DNA of 64,000 nucleotides from Candidatus Latescibacterota bacterium (GTDB lineage Bacteria > Latescibacterota > UBA2968): positions 2,048,001 through 2,112,000 of the forward strand of contig OZ242320.1 of the NCBI GenBank assembly GCA_965208125.1, given 5' to 3'. The position numbers and the translations under genes were made by a program. Positions 1-8,120 of the stretch are shown one piece after another (position 1 is the first letter of the stretch; each line of letters opens with the position of its first letter). The notes under the pieces are model-generated. The model was given only the letters and a program-made list of their open reading frames with translations, did not search any database and was not told the origin of the DNA.

Positions 1-13
1 TTACAATATCATC

Positions 14-40
14 GTAGGGGCGGTGCCCCCGTGCCCGCCC
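14..40 (+). repeat. GTAG-type REP element (copy 1)
   Basis: GTAG foot followed by GC-rich imperfect palindrome GGGCGGTGCCCCCGTGCCCGCCC; related copies at 353, 48575, 48616, 56940, 58437. Confidence 0.7.
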
Positions 41-68
41 GTAGCAGTCACCCCAACCAGCTCCCACC

Positions 69-326
69 TTATGCGCGGCGTTCGAATAGGATAGATACCT
101 CGTGTTCGGAGGGTTCGCCAATTTCTACGAGCGACCAGTCTTCGTCGTAGTTTTCCACGATCCGTTTCAAACATGTGACTCTCTGTTCGTGGGGTTCGGC
201 GTGTTCCTCCCAGGCGAATAGTTCCATGCGGTAATCGTATTTTCTGCTTTTGCCGTTTACCACTACGGTTACTTCCACGGTGTCTTCGGCGTCTAAAGGT
301 GGCAATTTGATCGAGATTTTGGGCAT
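69..326 (-). CDS. Hypothetical small protein (~85 aa)
   Basis: ORF 69..344; likely start MPKISIK at 326 with GGAG upstream; no family recognised. Confidence 0.6.
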   Translation of the reverse strand: MPKISIKLPPLDAEDTVEVTVVVNGKSRKYDYRMELFAWEEHAEPHEQRVTCLKRIVENYDEDWSLVEIGEPSEHEVSILFERRA

Positions 327-352
327 GGTGATTCTCCGGAACAACGGTCAGC

Positions 353-378
353 GGGTGACCACAGGGGGTCGCCCCTAC
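353..378 (-). repeat. GTAG-type REP element (copy 2)
   Basis: Minus strand GTAGGGGCGACCCCCTGTGGTCACCC; its GTAG contains the TAG stop of the permease. Confidence 0.7.
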
Positions 379-2783
379 TCATACCGCAGGGCGTCAACGG
401 GATTGGATCGCGCGGCGCGGATGGCTTGCAGGCTTATGGTACACAGGGCGATGACGACGGCTAACAGGCTACACAGAAGATATATTTTTATGCCGGGTTC
501 AATGCGATACGCAAAGCCGTTGAGCCATTGAGCCATTGCCCAGTAGGCCGCGGGCAAGGCGATGAGATTGGCGATGGTGAGGAGGAGTACAAATTCTCGT
601 GACAACAGTGCAATAATCCCGCTTACCGATGCGCCCAATACTTTGCGGATACCAATTTCTTTGGTGCGCTGCGAAACAGATAGGGATGAGAGGCCGAATA
701 AACCCAGACACGCGATTAAAATTCCAAATCCCGATGCGTACCAGACGATCTGGAGCCAGCGCTGTTCTCTACGGTATTGCTGGTTGACCTGTTGGTCCAG
801 GAATGTAAATGCAAATGGGCGCGCAGGTTCTATTTTTTTCCAGGTTTCTCGCAGCAATTCAATACTGCCGTTCACATCTTCTGGACGAATACGCACGAGT
901 ATCACGCTGGGACCACCATCTGGCGATGTGTGAAATACGATTGGGTCGATTTCGTTGTGGAGCGATTCGAAGTGAAAATTTTTCACCACGCCAACCACCT
1001 GGTGCGGCTCTGTTTTGTTCAGGACGGGAAAGGGTTGTCCAATTGGATCTTCCCATTCAAAGATGTCTGCGAGTGTTTCATTGACAATTACGGCGCGGTT
1101 GGGGTCGCTGGGAAATTCTGGGGAAAAGTTTCGCCCCATTTTCAGATTGATGTCCAGTGTTTTCAGATAGGCTTCGTCAATCCACATGGACCAGATCCTG
1201 AGCAATGTGCCATCGGGCAAGAGGTGGCCTCTCAGTTTTGTGCTGTTGATAAATGAATAGCCACCGCCGGCAATATTTACGATGTGGTCGCGGTCGCGCA
1301 AGGCTTCGCGCAGGCGCTGGAGGTTTTCCCGCGTGGCGTTGCGCAAGACGACGACCTGTTCGCTGGTATATCCCAGATTTTTTGTCTGCAAATAATCCAG
1401 TTGCTGCGCCATGATGCCCGTGCAGATCATCAATACGATTGACAAGGCATATTGCACGATGACGAGGGCGCGTGTGAAGGGTTTGCGCCGTTTTGTCCGG
1501 GTGTTGCCCTTGAATACAGATATGGGTTGTAATTTTGACAGTATTAGTGCTGGATAGCTGCCTGCGGCGAGTCCGACAAATACGAGTACACCTGTTAGCG
1601 CGACGATCAATTCCCAACTGGGGATGAGTGTCACTTCTCCGGCAATCATGTCGTTGAATACCGGTAAGAATAATCTGGCAAGTATCGATCCCAGGATCAG
1701 GGCGAGCAAGCTCATGAGCAGGGTTTCACCCCAGAATTGTTGCATGACGTTGCCGCGATGTGCGCCCAATACTTTGCGCATGCCCACTTCCAGTGACCGC
1801 CGCGCCGAGTATCCGAGGGACAGGGTTGTGAAATTGATGCACGCGATCAGCAGGACTGCTATGCCAATGGCTGATAGGACATAGGCGAACATAGGGCTGA
1901 TGGTTTGTTCGTATCCTCCGGTTACTTCGTTTTGAAAATGAATTTTTACAAGGGGCTGTAATTGGAATTGAAATGCATCGGCGCGATCTTGAATGCGTCC
2001 CCACTTGATCCAGTTACTTCGCTGTCTGGTCAGTCGCTCGGTGGTAAATGTGGCGAGTTTTTCGTTTAATGCTGTCGCCTGATTCGCGTCGTGGATTTGA
2101 ACATAAGTCGATACGCGCGCGCCCCACGCATTCGACATTTGAAAATGCCATTTGTTATCTCGATATGCACTCTCAAAGGGTATGAGTATGTCATTTCCAC
2201 GCATGCTCGAGGTCAGTGGCAATGCTTTCATAATGCCTGTGACGACATACTCCCGCGGTTCTCGAATGCCCTTGATACGCAGGGGCTGGCCGATCACACG
2301 GGCGTAATTTTCTGTTTCATCAAAGTATTTTCTCGCCACGCGCTCGCTGATGACCACGCTGTGCAAATCGTCAGTTACATCTCCGGCTAATAGCGGATAG
2401 GTGAATATTTGCAGATATGCGGGATCTATTAGTGCAATGCGTTCCCCAAATCGCTTATCCCCACGCTCGATAATCACATTTGAATTGGCAAATCGCGTTG
2501 TATGAGCGATTTCTGGGAATGCGTCTTTCAAGGCGGCTGCGAGATCCTCTGGCTGTCTTGCTGTCAATACAATTTCGCCTTCTCTGGTGATTTCCCGCGC
2601 CAATACCCGAAAGATCACCTCTCTGTTTTTGTGAAACCGATCAAAAGACCATTGTTGATGAACTGCCGAAAAAATGAGCACGCAGCATGCCATCCCTATC
2701 GCGAGTCCCAGGATGTTGATTGATGCGTATAATTTGTTCCGCATCAAATTGCGCAGGGCGATTTTGAGATAGTTTGTAAGCAT
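375..2783 (-). CDS. MacB/FtsX-family ABC transporter permease (P1)
   Basis: 802 aa; N-terminal YLKIALRNL..INILGLAIG, two EVG/EIG-x-RKVLGA motifs, C-terminal NPVDALRYE, two large periplasmic domains. Confidence 0.95.
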   Translation of the reverse strand: MLTNYLKIALRNLMRNKLYASINILGLAIGMACCVLIFSAVHQQWSFDRFHKNREVIFRVLAREITREGEIVLTARQPEDLAAALKDAFPEIAHTTRFANSNVIIERGDKRFGERIALIDPAYLQIFTYPLLAGDVTDDLHSVVISERVARKYFDETENYARVIGQPLRIKGIREPREYVVTGIMKALPLTSSMRGNDILIPFESAYRDNKWHFQMSNAWGARVSTYVQIHDANQATALNEKLATFTTERLTRQRSNWIKWGRIQDRADAFQFQLQPLVKIHFQNEVTGGYEQTISPMFAYVLSAIGIAVLLIACINFTTLSLGYSARRSLEVGMRKVLGAHRGNVMQQFWGETLLMSLLALILGSILARLFLPVFNDMIAGEVTLIPSWELIVALTGVLVFVGLAAGSYPALILSKLQPISVFKGNTRTKRRKPFTRALVIVQYALSIVLMICTGIMAQQLDYLQTKNLGYTSEQVVVLRNATRENLQRLREALRDRDHIVNIAGGGYSFINSTKLRGHLLPDGTLLRIWSMWIDEAYLKTLDINLKMGRNFSPEFPSDPNRAVIVNETLADIFEWEDPIGQPFPVLNKTEPHQVVGVVKNFHFESLHNEIDPIVFHTSPDGGPSVILVRIRPEDVNGSIELLRETWKKIEPARPFAFTFLDQQVNQQYRREQRWLQIVWYASGFGILIACLGLFGLSSLSVSQRTKEIGIRKVLGASVSGIIALLSREFVLLLTIANLIALPAAYWAMAQWLNGFAYRIEPGIKIYLLCSLLAVVIALCTISLQAIRAARSNPVDALRYE

Positions 2784-2795
2784 GCGGTTTTTCCG

Positions 2796-3473
2796 CTATC
2801 CCCTGATGTTTTCTGTGACGACATGACCGTCGAACAGGTGGATGATGCGATGCGCGTATCCCGCGTCGTGCGAGTTGTGGGTCACCATGACGATTGTGGT
2901 GCCGTTTTTGTTCAGTTCGGTCAACAGGTCCATGACCTCGTTGCCGTTTGCCGAGTCGAGATTACCCGTTGGCTCGTCTGCGAGGATGATGTTGGGGTTT
3001 GCTATGACGGCTCTGGCTACGGCCACGCGCTGCTGCTGACCGCCGGATAATTGCTGCGGGAAATGCTTTTCGCGGTGTTTGATGCCCATGTATTCGAGGG
3101 ATTCATCCAGGCGCTGTTTGCGCTCGCTGGCTGGTAAGCCCAGATATAGCAGGGGCAGTTCCACGTTTTCGGCGACGGTCAGTTCGTCGATAAGGTTGAA
3201 GCTTTGAAATACAAAGCCGATGTTTGACTTGCGGGTGTTGGCTCTTTGCCGTTCGGAGTGTTTGGAGACTTCTTCTTCGTTCAGAAAGTATTCTCCGCCG
3301 CTCGGGTTGTCCAGCAGACCGAGTACGTTCAAGAGTGTGGATTTGCCGCATCCCGATGGTCCCATTACGGCGACGAATTCGCCTTCGTCAATGTCTATAT
3401 TGACATTGTTCAGGGCAGTTGTTTCCACTTCTTCTGTGGTATAGACTTTCTCAAGGTTGACGGTTTTGATCAT
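2796..3473 (-). CDS. ABC transporter ATP-binding protein (MacB/LolD type)
   Basis: Walker A GPSGCGKS, LSGGQQQR signature, ILADEPTGNLD Walker B, VTH switch. Confidence 0.97.
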   Translation of the reverse strand: MIKTVNLEKVYTTEEVETTALNNVNIDIDEGEFVAVMGPSGCGKSTLLNVLGLLDNPSGGEYFLNEEEVSKHSERQRANTRKSNIGFVFQSFNLIDELTVAENVELPLLYLGLPASERKQRLDESLEYMGIKHREKHFPQQLSGGQQQRVAVARAVIANPNIILADEPTGNLDSANGNEVMDLLTELNKNGTTIVMVTHNSHDAGYAHRIIHLFDGHVVTENIRG

Positions 3474-3504
3474 TGTGAGACTCCTTTTGTAAAAAGCGAT
3501 TGGT

Positions 3505-4863
3505 TTACCGCTTTAATACTAATTTGTCGATTTCTTCGTAATTGTCATAAGACGATGTGACCACGCGCTCGCCGGTAGAGAGGCCGGCGAGGACTTCGAA
3601 GTATTCGGGGCTTTGGCGGCCTATGCGCACTTCGCGGCGTATGGCTTCGTCGCCTTCGACGACAAATACCCAGTTGCCGCCTGTTGTTTGATAAAATCCA
3701 CCGCGGGGAAGCAACAGGGCTTCTTCGGGTGCGTCGAGTTCCAATCGTATCTGTTCTGTTTGACCGCGCCGAATGCTTTGCGGTGTCGCATCCACAAAAT
3801 CCATATCGACTTCAAATTGTCCTTCTAAGACTTCGGGAAAGACCCGACGGATGGTTAGTTCATAAGTTTCATCGTCGATTTCAATGGTGCCTTTGAGTCC
3901 CTTTGTGATTCTGGTGATGTAAAATTCATCGATGCCCACCCGCATTTTATAAGCGTCGAGTACATCGACCTGACCAATGCGCCTTCCCCTGTTCATCAAC
4001 TGACCGATTTCTGCATTTAATTGGGACAATTGGCCGGCAATGGGCGCGCGTACGGTCAGGTTTTCCAATGGGCGGCGCACATGCTCCAATTGCCGTTGCA
4101 GGCTCCTGGCGCTCGTGTCCAGTGCAGCGAGTTGGTTGATGCGATACAGCGAGTCCTGGCGTACTGTTTCCAGTGCAAATGACCTGCGTTTTTGATCGTT
4201 TTGATATCGATCTCGCGCACTTTCAAACAGGTCTTGGGAAGTCAATCCGCGTTCGAACAAAACTTTCTGCTTTTCGTATTGGCGTTCTGTCTCCCGCAAG
4301 TTCAATTCAACGCGCATCAGTTCCTGGCGGTTGCGAATGGCCCGATTTTCCAGATTCAACCGGGTGTTTTCCATGTTGTTGATTTGTTCAAATAAACGGG
4401 CTTCCTGGGTTAAAATATTTTGTTCCAGGGTGGGATTTGACAATTTCAAAATGGGTATGCCTTTTTCGACCATTGTTCCTTCTTCGAGAAAGATTTCCTC
4501 TATTTGTCCGCCTTCCAGTGCGTCGATATAATAGGTTTGTATCGGCAATACAGTGCCGCGCTGGACGGTAAATTCCTGAAAGGGACCGCGCGTGACTTCT
4601 GAGATGGTAATCCGATCGACCTGTACATTGAGCCGGGCGCTGTGGTCGCCAAAGACCGCCATGTAGATCACGGCACACACAAATACGGCGATCCCGCTTA
4701 TGCTGGCGATGCGCTTTGGCGTCCATACTTTTTTTTCGACTCTGCGGTCCATGCCGTCCTGGCTCGTGGCGTCTGTTGACGGTTCGGGCGAGGAAGAACC
4801 CCTGCCTACAAAGCTGGGTACGGCTTTCTTTTTAGGCCCATCATCTCGTTCGGGTGTTGACAC
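3505..4863 (-). CDS. Periplasmic adaptor / membrane fusion protein (HlyD/MacA-like)
   Basis: N-terminal TM anchor, lipoyl half-motifs (EGG..EEG, VRAPIAG), long coiled coil, C-terminal EVLAGL..GERVV. Confidence 0.9.
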   Translation of the reverse strand: MSTPERDDGPKKKAVPSFVGRGSSSPEPSTDATSQDGMDRRVEKKVWTPKRIASISGIAVFVCAVIYMAVFGDHSARLNVQVDRITISEVTRGPFQEFTVQRGTVLPIQTYYIDALEGGQIEEIFLEEGTMVEKGIPILKLSNPTLEQNILTQEARLFEQINNMENTRLNLENRAIRNRQELMRVELNLRETERQYEKQKVLFERGLTSQDLFESARDRYQNDQKRRSFALETVRQDSLYRINQLAALDTSARSLQRQLEHVRRPLENLTVRAPIAGQLSQLNAEIGQLMNRGRRIGQVDVLDAYKMRVGIDEFYITRITKGLKGTIEIDDETYELTIRRVFPEVLEGQFEVDMDFVDATPQSIRRGQTEQIRLELDAPEEALLLPRGGFYQTTGGNWVFVVEGDEAIRREVRIGRQSPEYFEVLAGLSTGERVVTSSYDNYEEIDKLVLKR

Positions 4864-4963
4864 GTTTGTACCCTCTATCCAGAGTTTGGTGTGAATGCTG
4901 AATGGAAAAAATAGTCATACTTTGAACAATATTCAACTTTGTTTTGCGTCAATGTACCTATTT

Positions 4964-7393
4964 TCACTCATATCGCAAGGCGTCAATTGGATTGGATCGT
5001 GCGGCGCGAACAGCCTGCATGCTCACGGTGCCAAAGGCGATGATCAATGCCATTATCGCACTTGCAGCAAATGGTAAGACATTTAAATCTGTCTGATAGG
5101 CAAATCCAGAGAGCCAGTCGCGCATGAGATAGTAGGCAACTGGCCAGGCGATGAGATTGGCAAGCAGTATGAGCACTATAAATTCGCGGGAGAGCAGCAT
5201 GACCAGATGTGGTGTGGATGCGCCCAGTACTTTTCGCACGCCAATTTCTTTGGTGCGAGACTGAACCATGAATGCGGCCAGTCCAAACAGTCCCAAACAC
5301 GCTACAAAAATTGCGAGCAATGAAAACACGCCGAGCATTTTGCCAGTGAGTTGTTCGTTGAAATAGTACCACTGTATGATCTCATCTAAAAAGTGATGTT
5401 CAAAGGGGACCTCTGGCATAAAGTGTTTCCACTGCGTTTCGAGAAAGGACAGGGTTTGCGCGGTGTTTTCTGGTCGGATGCGCAGGGCCAGTGAAACAAA
5501 CAGTCTCCATTTGCCTATAAAACCCATGGGGGCTATTTCTTCTCGTAGCGTCAAGCTGTGGTAGTCTTTTACGACGCCAATTACTGTCAGGGATCGGTTT
5601 TCATATGCTGGCAACAGAATTTGCTTGCCAATCGGGTCATCCTCCCAGCCGAGCAGGCGCACGGCTGTTTCGTTCAAAATAATCGCTTGAGAGGTATCGC
5701 TGGCAACATCGGCTGAAAAGGCACGACCGCGGAGCACGGGAATATCAAATGTTTCAAAAAATGAATCATCGACTTCGTTTATGTTAATTGTCCGTTCTTT
5801 TGTGCGGTCTCTATCGGGCCAGATCCGTCGCGGTCGTCCGCCGTATCCCGATATGTCGTATCGCAGTGCTGATGCGCTGAGGATATTGGGGTGTTCGAGA
5901 AAGACCTGTTTGACCATCTGGTGGCGTGCTGAAAGGCGCATTTGTGGGTCGAATTCATGCTGACGGTCGTGAGCAAAGATGGGTAAACTCACAATGTGGT
6001 CGCGTGCAAAACCCATGTCTTTGGTTTCTATAAATCGCAGTTGTTGATAAACCACGAGGGTGCAGATCACCAGCAAGATAGACATGCCAAATTGAAATAC
6101 TAAGAGTCCTTTTTTCAGCCCTGTGGAACCGGAGGAGGAAGACGTACTGCTTTTTAATGCGTTCACCGGGCGAAAAGAGGAGAGGAAAAACGCCGGATAC
6201 CATCCCGCCAGCAGCCCGACCACCAATGTTAGTGCCAGTACTGCCGGCGCACCTATTATTACTGTAGCCGCGTTGAGGTGTAAATCGCCGCGCACAAATT
6301 GGTTGAATAAGGGCAGGGATAACTCGACCAGTGCAAGGGCAATCAGCAGGGCGGAACAGGTTAAAAGCAGGGATTCGCTCAAGAACTGGACCATTAATTG
6401 CGGGCGATGCGCGCCAACGACTTTTCGCACACCTACTTCGCGTTTGCGGGTGACAGCGCGAGCCGTTGCCAGGTTTGTAAAGTTCACGCAGGCAATGACC
6501 ACTACGATCAGTCCAATAGCTGCCAGCATGTAAATTTGTTGCATGGGGCTGCTGGCAGCCGGGTTAAAGTCGGATTCACCATGCAAGTACACGCGGTGCA
6601 GGGGCTGTAGATGATAGGTGTTTTTTGCCGCAACGTCATCCCCCATATATTGCACGATCAGCGACTGCATTTTTGCCTGGAGGGTTTCTGCGTTTTGTCC
6701 CGCTTTTAATAGCACATAGGTTTTTACTGGACGCCACGATTGCCTGGGTAGCCACATCATCCACGGCTCTTGTGTTTTTCCTACGGAGGGTATTGTGGTT
6801 GTGAGCAAATGAAATTGAAGGTCTGATAAAAGGTGTGGTGCCTTTACGATGCCAGTAACTGTGTACTCGCCTGGAAAATTGCGATTATCGACGGAAACTG
6901 TTTTGCCCATTGGATCGATATCGCCAAATAGGTGTTGCGCCATGTCGTCGGTAATGACCGCAGAGTAGGGCAGGCGAAACGCGGTTTCTGGGTCGCCTTT
7001 TATGAAGGGGAAATCAAATACGTCCAGAAAGTTGTCATCTACCAGTGCCAGGGTATATAGATTCTTGTGGTCGCCATATTGTGCAGATACGCCCCACCGC
7101 CAGATACGCACGGTTGTTTCTACTTCGGGAAATGTTTCTTTTAACACGGGACCGAGTGCGCCTGATGTCCCTTCTGCGTATGTTGTTTGCGTTGTACCGC
7201 GTTCTTCCCGAACTACTTTGTAAATGCGGTCGCCCAGGGTGTGCGAGCGATCTATTGCAAACTCCTGCTGGGTGTACAACAGGATTAAGATGCCACACGC
7301 CAGTCCGATGGCCAGTCCCAATACATTGATGGCTGTGTACAATTTGTGCCGCATCAAATTGCGGATCGCGACGGTTAGATAATTTTTGATCAT
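4964..7393 (-). CDS. MacB/FtsX-family ABC permease (P2, subfamily A)
   Basis: 809 aa; same motifs as P1; close paralog of 24046..26475 and 35233..37737. Confidence 0.95.
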   Translation of the reverse strand: MIKNYLTVAIRNLMRHKLYTAINVLGLAIGLACGILILLYTQQEFAIDRSHTLGDRIYKVVREERGTTQTTYAEGTSGALGPVLKETFPEVETTVRIWRWGVSAQYGDHKNLYTLALVDDNFLDVFDFPFIKGDPETAFRLPYSAVITDDMAQHLFGDIDPMGKTVSVDNRNFPGEYTVTGIVKAPHLLSDLQFHLLTTTIPSVGKTQEPWMMWLPRQSWRPVKTYVLLKAGQNAETLQAKMQSLIVQYMGDDVAAKNTYHLQPLHRVYLHGESDFNPAASSPMQQIYMLAAIGLIVVVIACVNFTNLATARAVTRKREVGVRKVVGAHRPQLMVQFLSESLLLTCSALLIALALVELSLPLFNQFVRGDLHLNAATVIIGAPAVLALTLVVGLLAGWYPAFFLSSFRPVNALKSSTSSSSGSTGLKKGLLVFQFGMSILLVICTLVVYQQLRFIETKDMGFARDHIVSLPIFAHDRQHEFDPQMRLSARHQMVKQVFLEHPNILSASALRYDISGYGGRPRRIWPDRDRTKERTININEVDDSFFETFDIPVLRGRAFSADVASDTSQAIILNETAVRLLGWEDDPIGKQILLPAYENRSLTVIGVVKDYHSLTLREEIAPMGFIGKWRLFVSLALRIRPENTAQTLSFLETQWKHFMPEVPFEHHFLDEIIQWYYFNEQLTGKMLGVFSLLAIFVACLGLFGLAAFMVQSRTKEIGVRKVLGASTPHLVMLLSREFIVLILLANLIAWPVAYYLMRDWLSGFAYQTDLNVLPFAASAIMALIIAFGTVSMQAVRAARSNPIDALRYE

Positions 7394-7478
7394 GGTCTTA
7401 TCCTCTGTTCCGTCCAGTTATTTTACAGTCAGCGGTCAGCCATTTATCATTCAGGTAAGTGAACGTATTAAAATAACA

Positions 7479-7495
7479 AGCAATTACTGTGCCAA
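7479..7495 (-). promoter_or_regulatory. sigma54 -24/-12 promoter (copy 1)
   Basis: Minus strand TTGGCACAGTAATTGCT matches TGGCAC-N5-TTGCW, upstream of P2. Confidence 0.88.
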
Positions 7496-7557
7496 AGGAA
7501 TCTTCTCTATGTTTTACAAGTAGTTATGAAAATTTAGGCCATGAACGCGGTTCAAGA

Positions 7558-7598
7558 AGTGTCCGATTTTGATACAGTAGTGTCCGAAAATGAACACT
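7558..7598. promoter_or_regulatory. Putative sigma54 activator enhancer (copy 1)
   Basis: AGTGTCCGATTTTGATACAGTAGTGTCCGAAAATGAACACT = TGT-N11-ACA + TGT-N10-ACA; conserved in five copies. Confidence 0.8.
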
Positions 7599-7602
7599 TT
7601 AT

Positions 7603-7641
7603 AAAAAAAACAGGCACATTGTTTTTAGTTCAATGTGCCTG
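7603..7641 (-). terminator. Rho-independent terminator
   Basis: CAGGCACATTG..CAATGTGCCTG stem with 8 U on minus strand, downstream of 7720..8031. Confidence 0.75.
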
Positions 7642-7719
7642 CTGTATTATCCGTAGAACCATTATTTATCACAATGAATGCAGCGTTTTATTGTGTGAAA
7701 GGGGTTTATTCTACTTCGG

Positions 7720-8031
7720 TCAGTGTTCCACTGCTGTTTCTTGTACAGGATCGTAAATTTTAATGCCACCCAAGTTTTCAATTCGTTTCCATGACAGTCC
7801 CGTTAGCATTGTAGCGACTTGTTTCCACAGGGGACCGTGCAATACCTCAAAGTCTGATTGCGTATCGTAACCGATAAAAACACTTGGGACAGGGCGTGCA
7901 TTCGGGAACGTTTTCTTAAGTTGGACACGAGAAGATGGGTGTAGTTGGTAGGTGCAACCATCCCGTTGGCGGCCAATTTGAATAATAAGAGATTCCATTT
8001 TGTATCCTTTTTTTATGGATGTGATAGTCAA
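7720..8031 (-). CDS. Hypothetical protein
   Basis: 103-aa ORF with AGGAG upstream (alternative ATG at 7998); followed by terminator. Confidence 0.65.
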   Translation of the reverse strand: MTITSIKKGYKMESLIIQIGRQRDGCTYQLHPSSRVQLKKTFPNARPVPSVFIGYDTQSDFEVLHGPLWKQVATMLTGLSWKRIENLGGIKIYDPVQETAVEH

Positions 8032-8083
8032 TGTGTATATTCTCCTGAAAAAATATAGCTAACCATGAATTGGTATCCAATAT

Positions 8084-8116
8084 TTATTCTACGACGCGGA
8101 GATAGACATATTTCCT
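8084..8116 (-). pseudogene. 3' remnant of a deleted GWxTD-protein paralog
   Basis: Reads RKYVYLRVVE* versus RKYVYFRVVE* at the end of 10633..12942. Confidence 0.75.
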
Positions 8117-8120
8117 ATTT

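Noticed and set aside
4905-4955. sigma70 promoter for the adaptor-ATPase genes
   Set aside because: TTGACG is present on the minus strand, but no convincing -10 at 16-18 nt spacing
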